A stretch of 63,892 nucleotides of DNA, the filler included, from Hausera hauseri (lineage: Eukaryota): the NCBI GenBank assembly GCA_046269625.1. It is 12 parts of 12 records of this genome, joined end to end, with 100 filler letters (N's around TTAATTAATTAA, not from the genome) between each part and the next. Parts side by side here need not be neighbours in the genome. Positions count along the whole stretch, not along the records: positions 45,823 to 49,837 come from JBJURY010818753.1; positions 49,938 to 54,387 come from JBJURY010575783.1; positions 54,488 to 59,306 come from JBJURY010425030.1; positions 59,407 to 63,892 come from JBJURY010558007.1; 8 more parts are not named here. One strand, 5' to 3'. Below are positions 47,831-59,988 of this stretch, piece by piece (the first letter of the stretch is position 1; each line of letters begins with the position of its first letter). The notes under the pieces were generated by a model. The model was not told the DNA's origin, searched no databases, and worked only from the letters and a program-made list of their open reading frames with translations. A program made the position numbers and the translations under genes.

Positions 47831-49940
47831 TCCAACTCTGTTTTCCGAAATCTTGTTTACCCTTTTTTCATTTATTCTTCCTATCTGATATGGCGACTCT
47901 ACCCCTCCTAATTCCCCATCTTCAAAAAGATTCGAAATATTTTTTGAATTTACACAGTTAGCTTGTATCTCTACGCTTAACTTCTCAAACTACTTTTCAA
48001 CATATTGGAGTTCCGGACATCCGATGATTTCTTGTAATTTATTTAATCTATTATGGTTCTTTGTTTCAAACAAATTTCGTTTATAACACATTTCTTTGAT
48101 ATCTGTTACAGACGATACTGTCCGCCGATAGCTAATCTCTATTTGTTTAGAGGCATAGACCTTTGATACATTTTCTTTTAAATTTTTATTGCCCTCGGCA
48201 TAATGTTCTACAACTCCCCAACTTAGCGTCACTCCTGCAAGATAGTCACGGCTTTTCCTTTTATTCGTTTTCTCATAACTCCTCACCGTACATATTTTGC
48301 AAAAGATTCTCGCCTTTATTTCAAACTTAGAATGGAATGAACAAGAACCGAAAACGAGGAAACAGACATAAAGACATCGGAAGACAAATGCTTCACGTGG
48401 TTTGTACTCGCGGATCACACCTCCTAACTCGTCCTGGTTGCTACACATGTTAATTTATAAACCTTTCTAAATTTCCAAGTTTCTTTATTCAATATATTAT
48501 TATATAAAAAACATTTATATTACTTTACATGCATTCCTGACCATTGTTCTCGCGGTGTCTCTCCGCGGGGGAATATTTCCACCGTTAAGTATAATCATCT
48601 GCTCAGACATTCCGATTTTAGCAGACACACAATTCCTGTCAACATTCATGGAAACAAAAAAGAAACGATAACGGAAAACCATAATATTAATACAACATCC
48701 GACATTAACTAACACTTTCCATTCTATGTGCTCTATCAGATTTTGAATCACGATTTCTAGTCTACCATCAAATTTTTCCAAAATCAATTTCTCTGTCAAT
48801 ATAATACCGGCAATTAAGTGTCTTCCGATAGCTTTTCGTTTCTTTTCCCTTCTCTCTCTATTCCCCGGGGAATATCTAAACATATCCATTCATTTTATAA
48901 ATTTTAATTTTTCAATGACAGAACGTATGAAACTATACCGATATGATTTCCTCATATTTTTATTACGTATTTCCATATATATAACTTTCCCAGTTGAAAA
49001 ATAATGCAATATTTGCGAACTGAAATAACGCATTTCGGACACATTCATTTTATGTTTCTTTTGAGGCATTTTTCCGACTGAGTTTTATCTTTTTTCGAAG
49101 AGAAGCGAGACACATGTCCCCTGAATCTTTCTAAATCATTATATGTAAATTTATTTTCAGCTTTCTTAATATTTATACAGAATCTTATTTGAAAAGATAG
49201 TCTAGGATGAATAGATAAAAACATTCCAAGTGTAATCTTCCAGAAATAAAAATATGATCTTAATTACTCTAAGAATAAATTTAGGCAATATGCCAGGTTT
49301 TGAATGTCAGATGCTTTTAGATAATAATTAGTAATTTTCCCATAACATGTAGAGTTGCAAACTAAATTTTTAATTCAAATGCTAAATATTTTGTTTATGG
49401 TAAACTACTGTGCTGTATGTGACATCTTCCTCTTTTGCTTCTTTCTGTTAAAAAAGAAGTAAAAAAGGAACTTCTGCTTCTTCATCCTGCTTATTTACAA
49501 TTGACTTGTTATTTTTAAATGTTTGAAGTGCAATTTCTGCACATTGTGCCAGTTTTCTAAGTGTCATTAATGTATCATACTTTTTCACTTCTTTTTTCTG
49601 ATAACAATCCTTTGATTGCTGGTGTAAAGGAACCATTCATTGTGTTGAATTTTTTTTTGAAAAATATTATTAGATAAAGATTGTTTGCATATCTGCTTAC
49701 ATAATTAATCTGTTTATGCAGTGGCGATAACCATCCCTTCTCCTCCAAACTCCGTCTATATCTTTAAATCATTTTTTATAAAACTTTGTTAACAATAATG
49801 CTAATGAATATAAATGAAAAAGGATATACAAAAGAAANNNNNNNNNNNNNNNNNNNNNNNNNNNNNNNNNNNNNNNNNNNNTTAATTAATTAANNNNNNN
49901 NNNNNNNNNNNNNNNNNNNNNNNNNNNNNNNNNNNNNACT

Positions 49941-51185
49941 GTGTGTTCACTGAATAGCCAAGATTCTTTCAATCCTCAGGCATGTAGTCTTGGAGCTTCG
50001 GCACGTGGTAATGACAGCAGTTCTTTTAATCCTCAAATTTATAGTTCGGCTATATTAAATGAAAATCAGGGTATTGAAAATTGGATGAATGATAGCGATT
50101 CTTTTAGCCCTGATCTATTCGGAGTGGGATCTAAAGGTTGTATGAATGTGAATGAAGATCAATGTCCTTGTGCCAAAGGTACTGTGTGTTCACTGAATAG
50201 CCAAGATTCTTTCAATCCTCAGGCATGTAGTCTTGGAGCTTCGGCACGTGGTAATGATAGCAGTTCTTTTAATCCTCAAGTATATAGTCTTGGATGTTCC
50301 AGATGCGGTAATGACAGCAGTTCTTTTAATCCTCAAATCTATAGTTCGGCTATATTAAATGAAAATCAGGGTATTCAAAATTGGATGAATGATAGCGATT
50401 CGTTTAGCCCTGATGTATTCGGAGTAGGATCTAAAGGTTGTATGAATGTGAATGAAGATGAATGTCCTTGTGGCAATAAAGGTACTGTGTGTTCACTGAA
50501 TAGCCAAGATTCTTTCAATCCTCAGGCATGTAGTCTTGGAGCTTCGGCTTGTGGTAATGATAGCAGTTCTTTTAGTCCTCACGTATATAGTCTTGGATGT
50601 TCCAGGTGCGGTAATGACAGCAGTTCTTTCAATCCTCAGGCAGGTAGTCTTGGAGCTTCGGCTTGTGGTAATGACAGCAGTTCTTTTAGTCCTCACATAT
50701 ATAGTCTTGGATGTTCCAGGTGCGGTAATGACAGCAGTTCTTTCAATCCTCAGGCATGTAGTCTTGGAGCATCAGCATGTGGTAATGAGAGCAGTCAGCG
50801 TGATGACCAAATAAATCGTCTTTCGTTTGATATCCCACATGACGAATCGTCAAATGCGGAAATCCCTTGTGCTGCATTTCTCATGTACAATTCTAGTTCC
50901 AATAGTAAATCTCTCGAAAATTTGGTATACAAAGGGAAAAGTGTGGATATTGAAATAAAAAATCCTCCAAAACCCATAATAAAATGTTACCCAGACGGAC
51001 TGTGCAGTCTGAAATATGAAATCAATCCGAAATTTATTCTCAACATTTCCCGAGTACCATTGCAATATATTGTGCAAGGTGATTGTGAGAATATGTCAAA
51101 TTCACTGAACGTTCCATGTCTTCAGAAGGGTGCAGTACAAGTGTCTTTTAATGAGTCATCGAAGGACATAGTCGAACAGTGTTAA
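49941..51185 (+). CDS. Cys/Ser/Gly/Asn-rich tandem-repeat protein, 5' truncated, unknown function
   Basis: Open 414-aa ORF with 19-aa (57-nt) repeats SSSFNPQACSLGASACGND nested in ~81-101-aa higher-order repeats. Unique C-terminus, with AATAAA at 51305. Confidence 0.7.
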   Translation: MCSLNSQDSFNPQACSLGASARGNDSSSFNPQIYSSAILNENQGIENWMNDSDSFSPDLFGVGSKGCMNVNEDQCPCAKGTVCSLNSQDSFNPQACSLGASARGNDSSSFNPQVYSLGCSRCGNDSSSFNPQIYSSAILNENQGIQNWMNDSDSFSPDVFGVGSKGCMNVNEDECPCGNKGTVCSLNSQDSFNPQACSLGASACGNDSSSFSPHVYSLGCSRCGNDSSSFNPQAGSLGASACGNDSSSFSPHIYSLGCSRCGNDSSSFNPQACSLGASACGNESSQRDDQINRLSFDIPHDESSNAEIPCAAFLMYNSSSNSKSLENLVYKGKSVDIEIKNPPKPIIKCYPDGLCSLKYEINPKFILNISRVPLQYIVQGDCENMSNSLNVPCLQKGAVQVSFNESSKDIVEQC

Positions 51186-51419
51186 TGATTGTAATAATTT
51201 TTATTTCTGTTACATAAATGGATATTTCTGATGAAGAATTTTACCAATTCTTATTCGATATAAATTAGTTCGATGAACTTGTCTATGTTTATTCATTTGA
51301 ATGAAATAAAATTTTCTTTTTCGTAATTGATTTTTCCGGGATTATTGATTTAATTGTAAAGGGTCACCCGGTTATGATTACAGTCTTTCCACCGTGCTTG
51401 GTTCCACAATTTAGTTACA

Positions 51420-51560
51420 AGTGACTTTCTTGCTATAATGCGTAAAGTCAAGGTCATAGACTTGTCTGTCTAGAGCTCAGACTTCAACTGCATAGAATAT
51501 TTATCAGAAATTCTTTTCAGAAAAGTACAAGGTTCGAAATCATCAAATCCAGACATAATT
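51420..51560 (+). mobile_element. Highly decayed Tc1-like transposase C-terminal fragment
   Basis: KVKVIDLSV*SSDFNCIEYLSEILFRKVQG resembles the Tc1 VLEWPSQSPDLNPIENLW..LKRKV motif. Confidence 0.45.
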
Positions 51561-53516
51561 AACGTACTGATCGAATCCATATCACTCGGCATACAAAATA
51601 TTAATCAAGATGTACCATTTTATGTCAACTGTGTATATTTACTATTCACAATTGATTTGGTCTACAAAATCTGTGTGTCATTTGTACGTATTGCAGTCAT
51701 GTTGTTGGCACAGACCAAAAATACAAACCACTCTGCACCCAACGGGATAGCGAAATTAATTAATTAATAATAAATATAGACTCACTTACAGAAAGTCAAA
51801 CAATTAATAGTTTACCAACCACTAACAGTAATTTATCAATCACAATTAAGAAAGTATGGCAATTTGTCAAATAGTCCACAATTTCCTAATGGCATTCAAC
51901 AGATTTTAGCAAACAGACTATTTAGAGCCTTAGAATTTGAACAAAAATAGAGAATGACAATTAAAGTATAACCAAAAATAAAAAAGAAATTGATACCCAC
52001 TTGCCGGTGCTGCGCTAATCAATCGTAGGGTTTCAATTTTGGTTTGTAAATATCTAATCACAAAATTTTTAATAGAGCTGTATAAAATTTATTTCTCTCT
52101 TCAAAAATGCACACTGATGACGAAAACGAGAATGCTACTTTGAGATATAATTACAGCATAAGCATTATATAGTATCAGCTATACAAAATATGACAATTGC
52201 GGGAGATGATAATTACTCCGCATTCACACAAAATACAATTACATTGCAATCGTGAAAAGAAAACGGCAATCAACAACTGTGTTCTCTCAACAGTATCACC
52301 CACAAAATCATGCGACAACAGACTCCGAACAATACGCGAATGTTTCCAATTAAAATTCGCTAGACAATTAAAAGTCAGAGAAGTCAGCGATATCTGCGTT
52401 CAGCTGCATTTTCCCAACAGACTGAGTGGAATCGATTCAAGAAAAAGCTGAAAAAGCTGAAATAAATTAAATGAAGATCCATTGATTTATGAGGAAATGG
52501 AATTGGGTAGGTTTCTTTCTTTGAGCACTATCATCCTAGAAACAAATGTTAGGGGTATTTTCTGGCTGTCGACAAAAATTTAAAAATTAGTGAATGGGGG
52601 TATATTTATGTGAAATGCGTTGATTGCAGTTGATGTACTCTATTTTTCTTTGGATTGAATAGCAGCATTGAATACGTCTCATTTTGTTACAGGGTTGTGC
52701 TTTTGTGCTCTCTTGAAGATTCATATATCCAACTTTTGTTCTTCATATGACTACAAAATTGTCTCTGAGCCTAATTAACTAGTGTGTCCCATTAATTCAA
52801 GGCCATAATATCGTGTTTCTGATTCTACAGATACTCGATTATACAGGAATACATCGCGTAGTACGGGTTCACTATAGTACTTTTTTACTAAAACACCTAA
52901 AACCCCTTAAATTTTCTGGAGTCTTCTTACTTGTGTTCAACAAAACTTTAAGAACTTATTTCTGTAGTGTCTTTAGTCTTCAATTTGTAATTCTACAATA
53001 AAATGCATTTTTGTAAATTAAATCTGGCTCCAGAAAAACGAAAACGGCTTAATTTAGAATAAAAGCTTGATATAATTAAATTTTCAGAATAGGTACGATC
53101 ATATGCTGAAACATGAATAGAAAAGAGTATAAACGAGTATTCAATGGGAAAAGTATAAAAAATAAAGATGAATACAAATCCCAAGGCGTTTTATTAATCA
53201 AACATATAGACCAAATGTGAGGTATTCCTGTATTTATTTTCACCGTTCCTGACCTTTTCGGAAGCGCCCTCCTGCTTATTATCCGTCTAATTGAGAAACG
53301 TATGGTCTATTTGTCGGTATCTGGTGCAATTTCACTCTAAACTGTTACAAATGAAACTAAATTTAAAACACTCAATAACGTCAAGAAAGCGAAAGCAATT
53401 GATTAAGTTATCAATTTTATTAATAAATTTTTAACTTAATCTTATAATTTTATTGGAGCATTTCTTTTTGGTAATATAAAGATCACTTGCAGTTTCAGTA
53501 ACCCTTTTACTTCAAA

Positions 53517-53800
53517 ATGAAGGTTAATTTTTTTAATTTTTCCATTTTCCTTTTTTTAAATAAACTACAAATTTGCACCATCAAGACATCGCAAATAAAT
53601 AACACACAAATTTATAACATCGTATGTGCCTTCATCTGTTCATCTGACTTCTGCATCACGCACAACGGCTCTAACGTACATGTCTGGGACCCTAAATCCT
53701 TCTTCGCCTCATATCCACCTCCATATACACTTTCGCATACGTGGCGGCATGAATTCGCCGTCAACCACAGACACTACGGATAAAGCCACCACGAAACCAA
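53517..53800 (+). pseudogene. Ubiquitin-like domain ending RIRGG, homologous to the UBL at 10340-10563 (probable retroelement leader remnant)
   Basis: IYNIVCAFICSSDFCITHNG..., a frameshift, then HIHLHIHFRIRGG (GG ends at 53748) followed by a Ser/Thr/Pro linker. Confidence 0.6.
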
Positions 53801-54487
53801 AGAACATTATCCTACTCCACTATTTTTGTTTGCTGAAGCAAGCATTGTTTTCTGTGCCAGAATCACCTTGACCCATGAAGAATCACCCATGAAGAAAAGC
53901 GTAGACGAATGACACGAAAAACCTGCCAGATACTTATAGCCCACTTTACTGCAAAACAGTTCGGCTGATGTCTGAGGTACTGTAAGTGCCTTGCTGACCT
54001 ATAACAGGCTCTCTAATGAACCTCTTTCACCTTCACATTGTTACTCTTGGGCAAAAGAAGGGAATCCTGCCAACCAGTGGGATGAGGATCAAGATAGTCA
54101 CTAGCAGAGTGGTAGATCCCTTTTAAGACATGAGGCATTGCATTACTGCCTAGAGGACTTCGGTCCATTTCCTAGACACTGCTTGTTATGATGCTTGCCT
54201 GTTTCTTGTTTACGATGCTTGCTTCTTTTCACAGTGTTTGTTTGTATGTTTCATGTTACTATTTGTCTGTTTCTTTTTACAATTCTTGTTACAATCTTAG
54301 CTGTTAAAGTGATGCAAATATTGTGCACACCGAACTGAGACAGTGAAACACCACCTGCTGTCTTGCCCCGCACTCCAGGAGCTAAGANNNNNNNNNNNNN
54401 NNNNNNNNNNNNNNNNNNNNNNNNNNNNNNNTTAATTAATTAANNNNNNNNNNNNNNNNNNNNNNNNNNNNNNNNNNNNNNNNNNNN

Positions 54488-57400
54488 CAATAGTTCTTTC
54501 CGAGTAATACAATATCCTTTTTCATGGCTGTTCATTGTGTGTGATCCGTATGCAATCACTCTCTTGCGCCCCAAACTATCCTTCTGTGACTGTACAGCTC
54601 CAATTGTGTCGAAGCTTGCGTCCATAACGAGGATAAATTCTCTGTTGAAATCAAGGAAACCTAATATTGGCGGTGTGGCCAAGGCTCTTTTCGTTGACTC
54701 GAAAGCCTCATTACATTGCTCGGTCCATATTAGTATCTTGTTATTCAATCCTCACAGTTTCTGCAGTGTCTTGGCCTTTGCTGTGCAACCTTGGATAAAT
54801 CTTCTGCAGTAGTTGCAGATCCCTAAGAAGCTTCGCAAATTCTTGACACATTTTGGTTTCTAGAAAGATTTAATTGCTTCCAGTCTGTCTGTATCCTCTT
54901 GTAATTCACTACGTGCCATAAAAAGTTTATTTCTTTCTTCAGGATGTGACATTTCTTTGGGTTCAATCGGAGACCTGCTTCCCGGATCCGTTGCACTACC
55001 TTTTCTAGTATCCTATAATGGTATTCTAGAGTCTTGGAGAAGATTAGTATTTCATCGAGTTATACCACTGTTTGTTCAATGTTTCCTAGTACTTTATTCA
55101 TTAGTTCTTGGAAGGTGCCCGGGGCTGCTGCTATACTGAATGGCATCCGTTTGAAACAGAATTGCCATAATTTGGTTGAAATCGCCGTCTTCAATTTGGA
55201 GTCTTCCTCTAGCTCCACTTGATAGTATGCATTGCCTAGATTGATTGACGTGAAAAACTTGATCCCGAATAACCTGTCCAATATCTCTATCACGTTAGGC
55301 ATGGGGAAGGCCTGCCGTTCCGTTATAAAATTTAGCTGTCTGAAGTCCAAGTATATTCTGACATCGTTCTTGTCTTTCTTCCATACGCATATCATTGGTG
55401 TATTCCATGCTGAGTTGCATGGCTTGATAATGTCGTTTTCCCATAGGTTTCTGATGATCTTGTCGTTCTTTTTCTATAACTTTACTTGTTGCTTATAAGG
55501 TTTGATACTGACCGGCGCTCCTGTCGTGTCTATTCGATGTTTGATGAGATGTGCACCCTATGTCCCACTTGTCGGCTATTAATACTTCTGGACATTTCTG
55601 TATAATATTTAGTAGCTCTTTGCTGTCACTCACCTGAAGAGCTTTCTTCACCCTGTTGACTCGTTCTTGGTTACTCACTTTATGGCCTAACTTGGCTTCC
55701 AGGTTGCACATATGTTACTGTAATGTTTCTGTTTCCGTGCGTTTCCATTCCAGTTCTATTCCGAATGCCTTTTGCAGGTCCGCGCCACCTATTATTTCTG
55801 GGCGTAATTCTCACACTACCAGGAATATTACACGACTCCTTAGACCCTTGATTTCTATATCTGTTGTAAGTGTGCCCAGGCAATCTAAGGGGCTATTGTT
55901 CGCGCATCATAGTGTGGTATCCAATTTCTCTATGTGTGTGTTTGCAAGTTTATCTACGCTCTTCTTGCTTATAACGTTGACGCTGGCCCAAGTGTTTAAT
56001 AAGCAATCTTCCCATCTGTCTTGTATCTTTAATTTAATTCCTGATCGTCCATTAAACTTCCTGTATGATATCTGTTCGACGCAAAATTCTTCTAGCGTGA
56101 CGATCTGCGTATCGTTCTCATTTTCCTTCATTCCGTTGAAGGATACTTCTTGGAAATTTTCCGTTTTTATAAATGTCCGTACTTTTTCCTGTGTCCTTTT
56201 ATCCATCAACATATCTCCGTTTCGCTTTCTTCTTGATCTATCTATATTGTTTGATATACTACTACTATTATACATAACGATATTTTGGGACACGGAATCT
56301 ATTGTAGTGCACCGATTTTCGCCACTTCTGTCGAGGTTCTGCCTTTTTGGACAACTGACTCCTGTTCCAATTCTGTTTCTTCTTTATCTACGTTTGCGAT
56401 TCTTCCCCTCCCCGTTTTCTGTTCATATTATCCCCGTATCTTCTTTTGACGTTGTATATATCCCATCTTGGTTCTCTTTTCCCCTCCAACCTGGTGTAGA
56501 ACTCCGTTTCGGTATGTCCCCTATGGTGATATCTTGCAAAGGTACGGTTTGTACAATTTCATCTCATGTGCCCTAGCTGACCACATCCGTAACAGCTTAC
56601 TGGCTTCCTTTTGAGACACTACATGATTATGTGTCCTTCTTTTCCGCATCCAAAGCATTTAATCGGTCTCAATGTGGTGCAAGTTCTGCTCGTATGTCCT
56701 TCCTTCTGGCATGTCCAACACTTTTATCCACTATTTGGTGGTCTAGTTTGCGTCGCCTTGATTCTTGGAACTGGTTTCTTGATATTTTGTGCTGCCACTT
56801 CCTAGTAGCTTCTTCTACCGATCCCCGAATACTCCTTAACCGTGTTGACATCTTCTGCCTTAATCTTTACCTCCTGTATCTTCCGTATTTTCTCTTCATG
56901 GTTTCCGCATCTCGTTTGTCACTGAGGCAAATTTCTCATCTCATCTCTCTATTATTACAACATTGGAACAATGGTTTCTCTTTCAGAGCATCGCGAGAAA
57001 GATCGTGATTCATTACTTTATCCAGCAGTTTCTCAATTGCCTCAAAGTAAGCTTCCGGTTCCGGTCCATTCATTCTGTACTCGAGCGCTTCTTTCAGATC
57101 TTCGCACAGCGTTGAGAGTCGGGCGAAAACCTTCCGTAGTCGGTTTTGATATCCACTTATTCTCGCATCTACTGCCTCGTACCTTTCAAGTGTTTCTTCC
57201 TCCAAGAGGCATTCAACCATTATTTCGTGCTTTGCCGCCGGGGTGTTCATATATTTAAAGAATTTTTCACATCCTTTAATGAACTTCTCCACGTCGTCGC
57301 CTTTACTGAATTTGCTGGGCAACAATTGGTTTGCGAAAATGTCCATTGTGGCGCAAGTCACCATGTTGGACGCGGACACGTCCACGCCGTCCACCTCGTC
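54488..57400 (-). mobile_element. Decayed Ty3/gypsy LTR retrotransposon: gag with 3-4 CCHC knuckles, PR, RT, RNase H
   Basis: Gag 57394-56936; knuckles CWTCQKEGHTSRTC, CFGCGKEGHIIM*C and CYGCGQLGHMR*NC; PR CLLNTWASVNVI (degenerate DTG); RT YLDFRQLN...NLGNAYYQV...FKRMPFSIAAAPGTFQ; RNase H FILVMDASFDTIGAV. Confidence 0.93.
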
Positions 57401-59550
57401 TCCCAGCTTGGATAGGGTTGGAAAACCCTGCCCCTGTCATGTCCGCTAAAGCAGAATTTGATCGTTTGTAATTACTCATTGCAAATTAACACCAGCTGTT
57501 GAAAATTTTATTGCATCTCAAAATACTCCTTTGGAAACAAACTTTTCGAAAATTCCAAAATTAAATTATACCTTTAATGTTGCATTTTAAATTTAAATTC
57601 ATGGTCGAATTTGTAAAATTTGAAAATGTTTCTAATTTAAATTCAGAATTTCCGTTCTCGATTATATCCTCACAAAACATCTTTTTCTGTATTTGTATAT
57701 TTCGTTTTCCTTACATAAATTATGCATTATTTGGACAAGAAATTTGTCCGAATAAAAAGTGGTCGCCCTGAGTATAGTTCAGTAGTTAATTACTGATTTT
57801 CTCATTTTTAATTTAATATTGGTGAATAAGATTTGTAATATGATTGAAAATTCAGCTAAAATGTTTTGGAAGTTATAAAATCTCAGAAATTAAATAAAAA
57901 ATTTAAGAAATAAAATACTAGTCTCCCATTTTCTAGAAATATCAAATAATCAGATCATTTAATCCATACTTTCAGGCAGGGTGTGTTCTTAGGTTTATAA
58001 ACATCCACATATTGCAATTATGGTTATACAGACATTCCTAACATCTCCATAAATTTTATTCAATTTGCAAATTTAATACATATGCATTGTTATTATTTTA
58101 TTTTTTGTACAGTTCCTAAATAATTCTGCAATTGAAGTATTGTACTGCATGTAATATATTTCCAATATCCAATACTATATCAACATAAAATTTCCCGTAA
58201 ACTAGTCAAGATTTAAATTAATTGAATAGCGAATTTCAAACAATAAATTTTCCATACCAATAGCTAATGTACATAAAAACTAATTGTAAATTAAAAAAAA
58301 CCCATAAATGAACTTTCGCGGTTTTAATAAAACCGAATTACATTTTTGCAGTATTGCACGAACTTTACGAATTCCAAATTAAATATGCTTTCAAAACGGG
58401 CTAATTTAGAATGATTTTAATTTTTCCAAAAAGCGCTGATTTTCGAAAAGTACATAAGTATTTGAATAATACGACTGCATGTCGAAAATAATTAAGTGTA
58501 CCAAGTAACAATAATTGTCTTTGTGTCCTAAGGACAATCTAATGAGTAGAATTTTTCTCACCCACTTTTTGCGTGTTTGCATGTACAAACGAATGAATCA
58601 AACTAGCAACACTAAATTTCTTTTTCGACTTTCATTTGATAGGCAGACATTGGCTGTATTTACAATTTACAATAGCTATTAAGTAACCAGTGGCTAATAA
58701 ATAAACCTCCCTTTTAGCAATACGTGCATAGGTATAGTTGATATTGATTATTATGACCGAGTTAGTTGATTCAATGAGATCCACTATATTTCGATTTGTG
58801 TAGCAGATATCAATGCATGTAATAATTGCTTTCATAATGATCCAATTATTTACCAATTCACAACAACACCATATGTTACTTTTTAATCATTTATTTGACG
58901 TATTCATTTTAACTTTTATTACTCATGATTTCTGTTGGTATATACTTGGATTTTTCATTTGTATACTCTGCTTCGCTATCAGTTATTGAAGAAGTTAATG
59001 ATCCGTGACTGTATTTCATTAAAGACCATGGAATGGAGTCGAAATTTCATCCGACAATCGTTAGACAAATTTTGAGGAAATTCCAATTTGCCACTTGCGA
59101 TCTTTGGGTAAATTTATGAATTACTGTTAACAGTTTCAACAAATTGTTAACTGTTTTTTACAAATTCAATTGTCATTCCCAAAATGGTTTAATACCTGAT
59201 AGTAACTGATTCTTGTCCAAACTTTGAATGAAACTTTATGAAAATCAAGGGTTTTGTTACAAAAATTTCTGCTGATTAATTATATGAAAAATGGTTTATA
59301 AATAAANNNNNNNNNNNNNNNNNNNNNNNNNNNNNNNNNNNNNNNNNNNNTTAATTAATTAANNNNNNNNNNNNNNNNNNNNNNNNNNNNNNNNNNNNNN
59401 NNNNNNAAAGTTGATTGACCGTATTTAATCACAAATATATATTATTTTGCTGTTTGTTTTCGTGAATCAATATAATTTATTTCACGTGTCTTTGTTGTTG
59501 TTACATTTTAGTATAAATACTTGCGTTTCTTTACGGTATGACACTACGAA

Positions 59551-59988
59551 ATGTCCTATTTAACAGAACTCATTCGTTTATGTCACTCGTTCGACGGTCT
59601 CCGGAGTCACCTTTACAATCTTGATCGACCTTTACATGATGTGCGATACTGTTCTCCCAAAGAGATACTCCGGCGTGTTGAGGAAAATTGGAGGGCACGA
59701 GAACCTTATCTACGAGATATGAAGCAGGTTGTTGGTGACATGGATATGATATTCGGTCAGTTGTTTCGCACCTATCAGAAATTGGCGGATTACTATGCGT
59801 TGGATGGCAATCCATGTCAAATAGGGTTTGTGGAAGATTTTGTCAAAGGTAATTACATTCCAATGTGGCAGTCAGCAAATTGGATTTGTATCAAGCAACA
59901 TTTTAATGTAACTAATTCCAATGGCCTCGTTCATTCTTTTATGGAATTGGTTAACCCACGCGGTTTGTGTGTTACTAACATTCATTAA
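59551..59988 (+). CDS. Intronless hypothetical protein (145 aa)
   Basis: Clean ATG-to-TAA ORF with a TATAAATA box at ~59512 and AATAAA at ~60023. No family recognised. Confidence 0.5.
   Translation: MSYLTELIRLCHSFDGLRSHLYNLDRPLHDVRYCSPKEILRRVEENWRAREPYLRDMKQVVGDMDMIFGQLFRTYQKLADYYALDGNPCQIGFVEDFVKGNYIPMWQSANWICIKQHFNVTNSNGLVHSFMELVNPRGLCVTNIH

Noticed and set aside
47990-48448. 152-aa ORF as a separate gene, or a defined 5' LTR/PBS of the BEL/Pao element
   Set aside because: It is in frame with gag but has no recognisable motifs and may overlap an LTR (TG start ~48447, AATAAA). No second LTR or clear tRNA-complementary PBS can be confirmed.
49938-50800. 57-bp repeats as a CRISPR or non-coding array
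   Set aside because: The repeats are contiguous, frame-preserving and inside an open ORF.
55656-56576. 306-aa plus-strand ORF
   Set aside because: It is the antisense shadow of the minus-strand gag-pol region and has no recognisable motifs.
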